This document shows positions 33,904 to 42,536 of a stretch of 64,000 nt of DNA, in pieces. The notes below the pieces were generated by a model. That model did not search any database. It had not been told where the DNA came from and saw only the letters and a list, made by a program, of their open reading frames with translations. This DNA is from a virus, in the IMG/VR virus record IMGVR_UViG_3300050015_000167, positions 1-64,000 of that record; one strand, written 5' to 3'. A program made the translations under genes and the position numbers. Each line of letters starts with the position of its first letter. The first letter of the stretch is position 1.

Positions 33904-34513
33904 TATCATTCTGGCTTGCGAAAATAAAGACTCACATTCCTTAATTAAGAGTGTTGATCGGTCCCTCACAGAAAAAGTAGTAGATGCCTTGCAGAAGAAA
34001 AAACAAGAAATTGGAAAGTCTCTTTTTGAATCGGCAAAACTTCAGACTAAATTAGCTGAAGACACTTACGAAAATTATGAACCCAAGGTACAAGAAGCCA
34101 TTGACTACGTAGTAGAATCCATCTTAGAAGGTGGACTCGAATTAGAAAATACTCTATGTATGGCATCAAAACAATATGCTGTCAAGGAAGAATCATTGAG
34201 AGAATATTTTGACCATTTATTGGAAACTACTAAAACCGAGGTCCAAGTAGATAGTACCAGTTCAAATGATGGTGACAATAAACGCGGTCTAAGAGATGAT
34301 GAAGATACCAATAAACGTGTCCGTTATGAATCAACAATTACATTGGTTACAGGACAAAAATTGGTATTGAATGAAGTTTCCTTGTTTGCTGTTAATTCAT
34401 TCGTTGAAAATTTGACAGAAAGCGACCGAGTTGCTTTCCACACATCATTAACTAAAGATAAAGCTAATTGCATTAAGACCATTGGATTTTGCCAAAAAAT
34501 GGTAAAGAGCTAA
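33893..34513 (+). CDS. hypothetical acidic protein (206 aa), possible prohead core component by position
   Basis: Lies between portal and prohead protease, where T4 has g67/g68. Confidence 0.45.
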   Translation: MVSNIILACENKDSHSLIKSVDRSLTEKVVDALQKKKQEIGKSLFESAKLQTKLAEDTYENYEPKVQEAIDYVVESILEGGLELENTLCMASKQYAVKEESLREYFDHLLETTKTEVQVDSTSSNDGDNKRGLRDDEDTNKRVRYESTITLVTGQKLVLNEVSLFAVNSFVENLTESDRVAFHTSLTKDKANCIKTIGFCQKMVKS

Positions 34514-34534
34514 ATAATATAAGTGGAGCCAAAT

Positions 34535-34762
34535 ATGACAGATACAAAACTCATTACTGCTATCGAAAGTAAAAACCACTTAGAAGCTTACGAATTATTG
34601 GAAAAAACATTATATCGTAAAGCTGGTGTTCTTTTAGAAGAGAAGAAAAAGGTTGTGGCTGCCAAAACATGGCCTACTATCAAAGAATCCGATGAGAAAG
34701 AAGTTCTCAAGGCGTCCAGACGAAAATCTCTAAAGGAAAAATTAAAGAAAGTTAAAGAGTAG
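34535..34762 (+). CDS. small helical protein, possible prohead core protein by position
   Basis: GTGGAG SD then ATG 34535 (ORF track start 34523); MTDTKLITAIESKNHLEAYELLEKTLYRKAG. Confidence 0.45.
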   Translation: MTDTKLITAIESKNHLEAYELLEKTLYRKAGVLLEEKKKVVAAKTWPTIKESDEKEVLKASRRKSLKEKLKKVKE

Positions 34763-34766
34763 TATT

Positions 34767-35453
34767 ATGCCAACTTTAAATGGAGAAAACGCCCAAATCT
34801 TAATAGAATCGTGTGATGAATTCCAATTCATTAAAGAAGATTTTAATGGAGTAAAACATCATATGGTTGAAGGTATTTTTCTTCAACAGGAGATGGTCAA
34901 TAAAAACCGAAGAAAATATACTAAAGATATAATGGAACCTGAAGTAAATCGTTATATCAATGAAATGGTAACAAGAAATCGGGCAGTAGGAGAATTAGGA
35001 CATCCAGAAGGGCCCACAATTAATCCTGAAAGAGTTTCACATAAAATTGTTTCTTTAATCCAAGATAATAATAATTTTATTGGTAAAGCAAGAATATCAA
35101 ATTCACCATTTGGTAAAATTGTACAGAACTTTTTAGATGAAGAAATTTTATTTGGTGTTTCTTCAAGAGCTATTGGATCATTAAGAAAAGTTAATAGTAT
35201 CGATATTGTCCAATCTGATTTTAGATTAGCTACAGCGGCCGATATTGTTATGGATCCATCCGCACCAGATGCATTCGTGCGTGGAATTATGGAAAACAAA
35301 GAATATATCTTTGCTGATGGTCTAATCCAAGAACAGAATTTAGAAAAATGGAAAAATGCTATTAAATCCGCTTCCATGAATAGTTTACATGAAGCGTCAT
35401 TAAATGCTTATTCAGAATTCCTATCAGATTTGGATAAACGATTCAAAATTTAA
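34767..35453 (+). CDS. g21: prohead core protease g21
   Basis: NRAVGELGHPEGPTINPERVSHKI matches the GELGHP...H region of T4-type prohead proteases. Confidence 0.8.
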   Translation: MPTLNGENAQILIESCDEFQFIKEDFNGVKHHMVEGIFLQQEMVNKNRRKYTKDIMEPEVNRYINEMVTRNRAVGELGHPEGPTINPERVSHKIVSLIQDNNNFIGKARISNSPFGKIVQNFLDEEILFGVSSRAIGSLRKVNSIDIVQSDFRLATAADIVMDPSAPDAFVRGIMENKEYIFADGLIQEQNLEKWKNAIKSASMNSLHEASLNAYSEFLSDLDKRFKI

Positions 35454-35458
35454 ATAAC

Positions 35459-35466
35459 CATAAATA
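35459..35466 (+). promoter_or_regulatory. late-promoter-like motif CATAAATA
   Basis: One mismatch to TATAAATA, 38 nt before ATG 35504. Confidence 0.3.
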
Positions 35467-35503
35467 TGATTACTAATCAATTGATTTATACAAGGAGCGA
35501 TTA

Positions 35504-36919
35504 ATGAAGTCCTTTCAAGAAAAATTGGAACGGATTCTCCGCGAAGGTAATACCGGCGTTCTAACAGAGAACGACCAAGAATTAAGCCCTACAAGTGTTT
35601 GTCCTGAAAAGGGTGAAGACGTTACAAAGGGAGTAATTGATGGTACTGGTAAAATCGACGCTACGGGTCCAGTGAAACATACGGGAGATAGTACCTTAAA
35701 GACTACTCCAGGAGTTAGCGCAACGGAAGGACCTACTGGTCATATTCCTGTTAATTCTGATCTACCTCGTGGACAAAATGACGGTCTTGGAACCAGTAAT
35801 GGACCAGGAAAAAACAGTCTTCCTCCAACACCCAAAGTTTATGGGTTACATGAAGAGGAAGAAGATAAGAAAGAAGTAAAAGAAGAAAAGAAAGAACTTC
35901 CTCCTTTTATGAAAAAGGGTCATAAGGAACCAGATGCCGATAACAAGGGCGGAAAATCCGATCATGACGCTGATAACAAAAAAGGTCTCAAAGAAGAGGA
36001 AGAAGACAAGAAAGGTTTGAAGGAAGAAGGCGAATCACAAGCTGCCGCAACTTTAAAACTTAAACCTCAAGGTGCCGGTGAAAAAGCTGACAAATTGAAG
36101 GAAGAAACTGACCAAGAAGAAGGTCCAAAAGATACCACAAAACTTGGTATTAAAGAAGAGGAAGAAGACAAGAAAGCTGATGAAAAGGCCGTTAAAGAAG
36201 CCACAAATGAACTTTTCAAAGGTGAGACTATTTCTGAAGTATTAAAGGAAAAGACTGCTACTATCTTCGAATCAACACTTTCTCAACGCATCAAAGAATA
36301 TCGTAGTATTTTGACCGAAAGATTTACAAAGAAACTTAATGCCCGCGTACAAACCATTCGGGAAGAATTGACCGAATCAGTTAATGGACATTTAGATTTA
36401 GTTGTTGAAAATTGGGTCAAAGAAAATGAAGTACCTTTGGAAAAGGCTATCAAGGCTGAATTAGTAGAAGAATTTATTGGCGACTTGAAAAACTGTTTCG
36501 AAAGTCACTATATTGATTTACCTCAAGAAAAGGTCGACGTTGTAACAGAAATGTCCAATCGTATCGGTCAGCTTGAAACAAAACTAAATGAACAAATTAC
36601 CATAGGCGTTAACTTGCAAAAACAGGTTAAACTTTATGAACGTTCTGAAGTTTTTGATAAAGTATCAAAGGGTTTGGCATCTACTCAAGTTGAAAAACTT
36701 AGAAGTTTGTCAGAAAACGTTGAATATAAAACTGGAAAACAGTTTGAAACTGCGTTAAAAACTTTGAAAGAGAATGTAGAAAATTCTACAACTAAAACCA
36801 ATGTTGAACCAAAAAGAACTTTAACGGAACAGACCTTAGATCAAAATACAGAAGTAGTAGAAAATTCTGGAATGTTTGATTCTGTTAAAGAATCTATGGC
36901 TCGGATGGCTAAAAGATAA
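35504..36919 (+). CDS. g22: prohead scaffold protein g22
   Basis: Lys/Glu-rich low complexity plus a long coiled-coil C-half; located between g21 and g23. Confidence 0.7.
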   Translation: MKSFQEKLERILREGNTGVLTENDQELSPTSVCPEKGEDVTKGVIDGTGKIDATGPVKHTGDSTLKTTPGVSATEGPTGHIPVNSDLPRGQNDGLGTSNGPGKNSLPPTPKVYGLHEEEEDKKEVKEEKKELPPFMKKGHKEPDADNKGGKSDHDADNKKGLKEEEEDKKGLKEEGESQAAATLKLKPQGAGEKADKLKEETDQEEGPKDTTKLGIKEEEEDKKADEKAVKEATNELFKGETISEVLKEKTATIFESTLSQRIKEYRSILTERFTKKLNARVQTIREELTESVNGHLDLVVENWVKENEVPLEKAIKAELVEEFIGDLKNCFESHYIDLPQEKVDVVTEMSNRIGQLETKLNEQITIGVNLQKQVKLYERSEVFDKVSKGLASTQVEKLRSLSENVEYKTGKQFETALKTLKENVENSTTKTNVEPKRTLTEQTLDQNTEVVENSGMFDSVKESMARMAKR

Positions 36920-36924
36920 GGAAT

Positions 36925-36932
36925 TATAAATA
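36925..36932 (+). promoter_or_regulatory. T4-type late promoter motif TATAAATA
   Basis: Exact match 52 nt upstream of capsid ATG 36984, which has an AAGGAG SD. Confidence 0.5.
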
Positions 36933-36983
36933 GTTCCATACAAGTTAATTAGTTTTGTTTAAAGAATTAAGGAGAATTATTAA

Positions 36984-38303
36984 ATGAGAGATTCAATGAC
37001 CACAGATAAATTGGTCGAAAAGTGGGCACCGGTTCTCGATGATGAGAATTTTGGCAAGTTGACTAATCGCCATAAACGCCGCGTAGTTGCGACAGTTATG
37101 GAAAATCAACAAGAAGAATATACAAAAACTCGCCAAATCTTGTCGGAAGCCGCTCCAACACTAAGTACTGGTGCTGGAATCGCTAATTTCGATCCAATCT
37201 TGATTTCATTAGTAAGACGTGCAATGCCCAATCTTATTGCGTATGATGTTTGCGGCGTTCAACCCATGGTTGGACCAACTGGCTTAATCTTCGCTATGAA
37301 GTCACGTTATACCAGCAAGACCGGTACAGAAGCTTTATTCAATGAAGCTGATACCGCGTTTACTGGTCAGACAGCAACAGCCCCAACAGCCGGTTTCGGT
37401 GGAACAGCCCATGCTGGTACGGATCCCGTATCTACTGGTTTCCCTCCAACTGCTTCTGGTTATACAACTGGTCGTCCTATGACAACCGGACAAGGTGAAG
37501 CTTTGGGAGATCAAGTTGGACCTGATTTCAACCAAATGGCATTCTCAATCGACAAGATTTCCGTTGAAGCAAAGACCCGCGCATTGAAAGCTGAGTATTC
37601 AGTTGAAGTTGCCCAAGATCTAAAAGCTATCCATGGTCTTGACGCTGAAACAGAATTAGCGAATATTCTTTCCGCTGAAATCTTAACCGAAATCAACCGG
37701 GAAATTATCCGTACCATTTACTTCATCGCCGTCCCTGGTGCAGCACAAACCACAGTTCCTGGCACATTCGACTTAGATGTTGACGCAAACGGTCGTTGGT
37801 CAGTTGAGAAGTTTAAGGGTTTGATGTTCCAAGTAGAACGCGAAGCCAATGCTATTGCAAAGGCAACCCGTCGTGGTAGAGGGAATGTTATCATCTGTTC
37901 ATCAGACGTTGCTAGTGCGCTAGTAATGGCTGGTAAATTAGATTATACTCCTGCTATCCAAAGTGACCTAACTGTTGACGATACTGGCAACACATTCGCT
38001 GGTGTTCTAAACGGACGTTTCAGAGTTTATATCGATCCTTACTTTGGTAATGGTGGTGTAAACGAAGAATTCTTATTGGTTGGCTATAAGGGTGCTAATG
38101 CGTATGATGCCGGTTTGTTCTATTGCCCATACGTTCCTCTACAGTTGTTTAGAGCACAAGATCCACATAGCTTCCAGCCAAAAATCGCATTTAAGACAAG
38201 ATATGCTGTTGCTCCAAATCCATTCTGGAGTGATGCTAATGCTACGCTTCAAGCGAATAGTTCCGCATATTACAGAATGATTAAAATCACTAATTTGTTA
38301 TAG
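36984..38303 (+). CDS. g23: major capsid protein g23
   Basis: LIAYDVCGVQPMVGPTGLIFAMKSRY signature of gp23; 439 aa; follows the scaffold gene. Confidence 0.9.
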   Translation: MRDSMTTDKLVEKWAPVLDDENFGKLTNRHKRRVVATVMENQQEEYTKTRQILSEAAPTLSTGAGIANFDPILISLVRRAMPNLIAYDVCGVQPMVGPTGLIFAMKSRYTSKTGTEALFNEADTAFTGQTATAPTAGFGGTAHAGTDPVSTGFPPTASGYTTGRPMTTGQGEALGDQVGPDFNQMAFSIDKISVEAKTRALKAEYSVEVAQDLKAIHGLDAETELANILSAEILTEINREIIRTIYFIAVPGAAQTTVPGTFDLDVDANGRWSVEKFKGLMFQVEREANAIAKATRRGRGNVIICSSDVASALVMAGKLDYTPAIQSDLTVDDTGNTFAGVLNGRFRVYIDPYFGNGGVNEEFLLVGYKGANAYDAGLFYCPYVPLQLFRAQDPHSFQPKIAFKTRYAVAPNPFWSDANATLQANSSAYYRMIKITNLL

Positions 38304-38336
38304 ATACAAAGAATTGTGGCTTAGTTTTAAACTCAA

Positions 38337-38365
38337 AAGGGAAATCGAAAGGTTTCCCTTTCTTT
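38337..38365 (+). terminator. rho-independent terminator after g23
   Basis: AAGGGAAA-8 nt-TTTCCCTT followed by TCTTT. Confidence 0.65.
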
Positions 38366-38391
38366 AGAAGCATCAAAAACTTAAAATTATC

Positions 38392-38426
38392 TTGACAACT
38401 TCGGACGACTGTGATATAATGGTCTC
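38392..38426 (+). promoter_or_regulatory. sigma70-like promoter, leaderless geometry, in the AT-rich backbone
   Basis: TTGACA 38392-38397; 17 bp; TGaTATAAT (-10 at 38415-38420); 6 nt; ATG 38427. Confidence 0.65.
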
Positions 38427-39344
38427 ATGATAGAAAATAAACCGTACACATACATTTACTATACTACTGATATGATTCCTTTTTATGTAGGAAAAGGGAC
38501 CGATAAACGAGCATATAAACATTTAACTGAATCTTTAGAAAAAACCAACAATCCAGAAAAAGTAAAAGAAATACAAAAAATTCTTGAATCTGGCAAAACA
38601 CCCATTATAAAAATAATGTATGCTGAAACCGAGTCTGAAGCCTTTGAATTAGAAGAATTTTTGACCTATCATTGGGGATTACGTCACAAAGGTGGAATTC
38701 TTACTAATATGCAATATGGTGGTGAAAATGGTAAATTTGTTGGTTTTGCTGATTTACCTAGAACACAAAAACATAAAAAGAAAATTAGTAAAGCAACCAA
38801 AAAATATAATAATTCTCATCCAGAAAAATGGGAAAAATTTACTAATCAACAGAAAAAAGAACCTAAATCTCCAAAAGCTTGTAAGAAAATGTCCGAAACT
38901 AAACTTAAATTGTATGCAGAACACCCGGAACTCCATCCCCGCCTTGGGAAACAACAATCAGAATATTCTATTCAAGTTTCAAGAGAAGTTAATTCTGGTA
39001 CATGGGAAATAACCTTCCCCGATCACCATAAAGAATTGATAACTAATTTGAAACTGTTTTGTAAAGAACATTCCATTAATCATGGAAATCTTGCAAACGG
39101 ATCTGCTGCTGGATATAAAGCAATCAATTTAAATCCCAATAAAAAGAAAGCCAAAACTCAATCAGCAAAAGACGCCATTTCTAATGCAAGATCATGTTCC
39201 TATCAAATTATTTTTCCTGATAACCACATTGAGATCATATCTAATCTTTCTAAATGGCGAGAAAACAATAATATCAAACGTGATAATTTAATGACACCAA
39301 AAGGTAATTCTCAAGGTTACCATGCCACAAAAATTGAATCCTAA
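38427..39344 (+). CDS. GIY-YIG family homing endonuclease (305 aa)
   Basis: YTYIYYTTDMIPFYVGKGTDKRAYKH...EAFELEEFL...LTNMQYGG. Confidence 0.7.
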   Translation: MIENKPYTYIYYTTDMIPFYVGKGTDKRAYKHLTESLEKTNNPEKVKEIQKILESGKTPIIKIMYAETESEAFELEEFLTYHWGLRHKGGILTNMQYGGENGKFVGFADLPRTQKHKKKISKATKKYNNSHPEKWEKFTNQQKKEPKSPKACKKMSETKLKLYAEHPELHPRLGKQQSEYSIQVSREVNSGTWEITFPDHHKELITNLKLFCKEHSINHGNLANGSAAGYKAINLNPNKKKAKTQSAKDAISNARSCSYQIIFPDNHIEIISNLSKWRENNNIKRDNLMTPKGNSQGYHATKIES

Positions 39345-39350
39345 AGTACC

Positions 39351-39358
39351 CTAAATAC
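39351..39358 (+). promoter_or_regulatory. CTAAATAC motif 4 nt before the start codon
   Basis: GTACCCTAAATAC-TAAC-ATG 39363. Confidence 0.3.
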
Positions 39359-39362
39359 TAAC

Positions 39363-39575
39363 ATGCCAATAGATATCATTCACGGAAAAGGTTATAGAAT
39401 TGGAGAATCTGATAGAATAATCGGAGATTCTACTGCTGACCCAGAAGGTTTTATAGTTCTTAATCAACAAAATGGTAAATTATTTCTTGTTGCTGGTGGT
39501 ATATGGACTGATGGTGGAACTTTTTCTAATGCCAATTTTACTCAAGAATATTTTGATACCTGGATTTTAAGTTAA
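39363..39575 (+). CDS. small protein, N-terminal paralog of 39585..40031
   Basis: GKGYRIGESDRIIGDSTADPEGFIVLNQ versus PKYRIGNSGRIIGSSAVPPEGFILLNL. Confidence 0.55.
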   Translation: MPIDIIHGKGYRIGESDRIIGDSTADPEGFIVLNQQNGKLFLVAGGIWTDGGTFSNANFTQEYFDTWILS

Positions 39576-39584
39576 AGGACAATT

Positions 39585-40031
39585 ATGTCAGTTTCAGCAT
39601 ATCGTATACCAAAATACCGTATAGGAAATTCAGGAAGAATTATTGGTTCTTCTGCGGTTCCTCCAGAAGGATTTATATTACTGAATTTGAGTGATAATAA
39701 TTGTTATATTGTTTCTGGAGGATTATGGACAACTCTCGATATAATTCCTAATCCTATAGTAATAGTTTTTAATTTATCATCAAATGTTTCTAGTCAAAGT
39801 GTTTTTACTTTTTATGTTGATCCTATTTCTGGTTCAGATTCAAATACTGGGTTAACAAAATATGATGCATGGTTGACAACAGAACATTCAGATTTACAAA
39901 TTTTACTTCCAGGACAAACCATAGGTTATTTACAATCTGGTTCCTGGGTTCTTTACCGGACACTAAATATGACCGTAGATCAAACAAATATGACCGCAGA
40001 TAATATGACGGCTGGAGCTAATCAATTCTAA
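39585..40031 (+). CDS. hypothetical protein (148 aa), paralog of 39363..39575
   Basis: Shared N-terminal 50 aa. Confidence 0.55.
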   Translation: MSVSAYRIPKYRIGNSGRIIGSSAVPPEGFILLNLSDNNCYIVSGGLWTTLDIIPNPIVIVFNLSSNVSSQSVFTFYVDPISGSDSNTGLTKYDAWLTTEHSDLQILLPGQTIGYLQSGSWVLYRTLNMTVDQTNMTADNMTAGANQF

Positions 40032-40032
40032 T

Positions 40033-40830
40033 ATGAAAACACTATTTCTTTCTCTATTTCTTTGTGTTGGGTTATTTGGACAGATAGTTAATATACCTAC
40101 TAATATAGGAATTAAAAATCTTCCTGGTGCTATTAATTCTAATTATTCAACCACATCACAATTTATATCTGGCACCTCTATACCATTATCTTGTGTCTCT
40201 ACCTCTAATATAGCATTTTATAAAACGGATAGCAAGGCATATTATGATTGTATTAATAATTTGTATCTCCTAAGAATTAATGCTGATGCGTCAGGTAACG
40301 TATCGGTGGGGGCTACGGTGCTTGGCCCAAAGACCATCGGGGCGGGGGCAAACCAACTCCCAGCAGCGGCAACCTGTACGCGCTGCATGACGATGGTTAC
40401 TGATGCGGCGAGCGCCTCCGATTGCACCGTTGGATCAGGCAGCAGCATAGCGGTCTGTTATTCGAACGGTACGTTGTGGGGGCCACTGGGCGCGGGTGCT
40501 ACCCCCGTGCCCACTCCCAGCACCACCATCACTCTCACAGCGCCACGCGGGTACGCGATCTGTACTGGCACATGCACGGTGACTTTGCCCGTGCCAGCGG
40601 CCGGTTACGAATTCTGCGTTATGAACGACGACGCCGTGGCGACGGCGATCACTCTTGCCGCTCTCGGGTCTGGTGCCATGTATGAGAACGCGATTCGCAC
40701 GGCGTATGGAACGCCGGGGACTGGGACTATGGTGCTTGCGGCTGCACAAGGGAATGCTATGTGCCTCGTGGGTAGAGATGTCACTCACTACCTGACGGTT
40801 TCGTACACCGGCTCTCCAACGGTGAACTAA
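40033..40830 (+). CDS. mosaic exported protein: AT-rich 5' part (signal peptide + about 85 aa) fused in frame to a GC-rich Cys/Gly/Thr-rich C-domain
   Basis: MKTLFLSLFLCVGLFGQ signal peptide. Composition switches at about 40285-40300 inside the ORF without a frame break. Confidence 0.7.
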   Translation: MKTLFLSLFLCVGLFGQIVNIPTNIGIKNLPGAINSNYSTTSQFISGTSIPLSCVSTSNIAFYKTDSKAYYDCINNLYLLRINADASGNVSVGATVLGPKTIGAGANQLPAAATCTRCMTMVTDAASASDCTVGSGSSIAVCYSNGTLWGPLGAGATPVPTPSTTITLTAPRGYAICTGTCTVTLPVPAAGYEFCVMNDDAVATAITLAALGSGAMYENAIRTAYGTPGTGTMVLAAAQGNAMCLVGRDVTHYLTVSYTGSPTVN

Positions 40831-40831
40831 C

Positions 40832-42058
40832 ATGAGACGCTTACTCATCGGATTTCTGGCGATTTCGCTGTTCGGGCAATCGCTGATGAAGATTGTTAAC
40901 CAGGGCGATCCGAAGGCCTCCTGGTATACCACCCACACCACCGGGTTTGCCCCCGTGTACTCAAAAACTGGGAGCACGCTTATTTGGGCGTGGCCGGATG
41001 GGACTTTCGATAGCAGCAATTCTCCTACGAAAACTCTCGCATCCGGAACGAAGCGCGTTGAGGTCCAATCGCAGGATGGATTTGGTGCTGTAACGGCTAT
41101 CGATGTTAACTCGATGGATCTCACGGGGAGCATCCCCTCGCTGTCGGCCAACACGGCGCTGACGGTCTTCGACGCGCACGGCAACCAGCTCACGGGGAGC
41201 ATCCCCTCGCTGTCGGCCAACACGGCGCTGACGGTCTTCGACGCGGGCGGCAACCAGCTCACGGGGAGCATCCCCTCGCTGTCGGCCAACACGGCGCTGT
41301 CGTACTTCGACGCGGGCGGCAACCAGCTCACGGGGAGCATCCCCTCGCTGTCGGCCAACACGGCGCTGACGGTCTTCTACGCGCACGGCAACCAGCTCAC
41401 GGGGAGCATCCCCTCGCTGTCGGCCAACACGGCGCTGACGGTCTTCTACGCGCACGGCAACCAGCTCACGGGGAGCATCCCCTCGCTGTCGGCCAACACG
41501 GCGCTGTCGTACTTCTACGCGGGCGGCAACCAGCTCACGGGGAGCATCCCCTCGCTGTCGGCCAACACGGCGCTGACGGTCTTCTACGCGGGCGGCAACC
41601 AGCTCACGGGGAGCATCCCCTCGCTGTCGGCCAACACGGCGCTGACGGTCTTCTACGCGCACGGCAACCAGCTCACGGGGAGCATCCCCTCGCTGTCGGC
41701 CAACACGGCGCTGACGGTCTTCTACGCGGGCGGCAACCAGCTCACGGGGAGCATCCCCTCGCTGTCGGCCAACACGGCGCTGACGGTCTTCTACGCGGGC
41801 GGCAACCAGCTCACGGGCTCAATCCCCGGCAGTTTTGCGACTCAACAGACTTTGGCGAATCTGGATATATCGACTAATGCCCTCCCATCCTCCGACATCG
41901 ATCAGATTCTCGCGGATCTGGTGGTAAGTCTGAGTATCAGTGGCCGTGTGGTGTGCGATGTGGAATTGGGCGGTGGGACTAATGGACCACCAACGGGCCA
42001 GGGCATCACGGACAAGGCCACTCTTATCGCAGGCGGGTGGACGGTGGTGACCAATTGA
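40832..42058 (+). CDS. leucine-rich-repeat protein with signal peptide
   Basis: MRRLLIGFLAISLFGQ, then ten 23-aa units GNQLTGSIPSLSANTAL[TV/SY]F[DY]A[HG] (N.L.G.IP..L LRR signature). Confidence 0.8.
   Translation: MRRLLIGFLAISLFGQSLMKIVNQGDPKASWYTTHTTGFAPVYSKTGSTLIWAWPDGTFDSSNSPTKTLASGTKRVEVQSQDGFGAVTAIDVNSMDLTGSIPSLSANTALTVFDAHGNQLTGSIPSLSANTALTVFDAGGNQLTGSIPSLSANTALSYFDAGGNQLTGSIPSLSANTALTVFYAHGNQLTGSIPSLSANTALTVFYAHGNQLTGSIPSLSANTALSYFYAGGNQLTGSIPSLSANTALTVFYAGGNQLTGSIPSLSANTALTVFYAHGNQLTGSIPSLSANTALTVFYAGGNQLTGSIPSLSANTALTVFYAGGNQLTGSIPGSFATQQTLANLDISTNALPSSDIDQILADLVVSLSISGRVVCDVELGGGTNGPPTGQGITDKATLIAGGWTVVTN
41117..41820. repeat. 69-bp tandem repeat, about 10 near-identical copies
   Basis: GGCAACCAGCTCACGGGGAGCATCCCC... 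recurs at 41180, 41249, 41318, 41387, 41456, 41525, 41594, 41663, 41732 and 41801. Confidence 0.9.
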
Positions 42059-42453
42059 GACGCACGCTGCCCTGGATCATCGTCGCTGGGTTGTTCTGCC
42101 TATTGATGTCCCCATACCTTCGGGCGCAGGAGAAGCCCACGAGCATCTGGTGGGTACACGGGGCCGTGGTCGCTCATATGATGAGTGCCACTCAGGACGG
42201 ATTGTCAAGCTGGAAACAGTCGGAGGCGAACCCGATCTACACCACTCAGGCAGGTCCGCAGGCGGGGCATTTCTACCGCACTGGCGCGGGCAGGATGACG
42301 GCGTCAACGCTCAGTGTGGTGGCGGTGAGTGAAGTCGTCGCGCATTTCAAACCGGGCTGGAAAAAGTACATCGCTGCTCTCAATTTCGGCGCAGCCACGG
42401 CGCACGTCGGAGTCACGGCAAGCAACGTGGTTCGCAATCCTTACTACAGGTAA
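42055..42453 (+). CDS. exported or membrane protein (132 aa)
   Basis: TTG 42055 overlaps the TGA of the LRR gene (ORF track start GTG 42037). N-terminus MRRTLPWIIVAGLFCLLMSPYLRAQE. Confidence 0.5.
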   Translation: MRRTLPWIIVAGLFCLLMSPYLRAQEKPTSIWWVHGAVVAHMMSATQDGLSSWKQSEANPIYTTQAGPQAGHFYRTGAGRMTASTLSVVAVSEVVAHFKPGWKKYIAALNFGAATAHVGVTASNVVRNPYYR

Positions 42454-42536
42454 CGTATTTAATCGCGGTTTTTGCTATGGAAATTCTCCACAATTCGGAA
42501 AGCAGGGGCAGCGCAAGAGGCCCCGCCCCGCTCGGG

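Noticed and set aside
40435-41662. Long minus-strand ORFs 40435..41361 and 40961..41662 (RQRRVGRQRGDAPRELV repeats), and ORFs 40422..40685 and 40893..41093
   Set aside because: GC-rich DNA gives long antisense frames. The plus-strand LRR frame has a signal peptide, a recognisable LRR signature and tight coupling to its neighbours.
40832-42058. Diversity-generating retroelement as the source of the LRR variation
   Set aside because: There is no reverse transcriptase or template repeat in the window, and the variation is between repeat units rather than adenine-specific.
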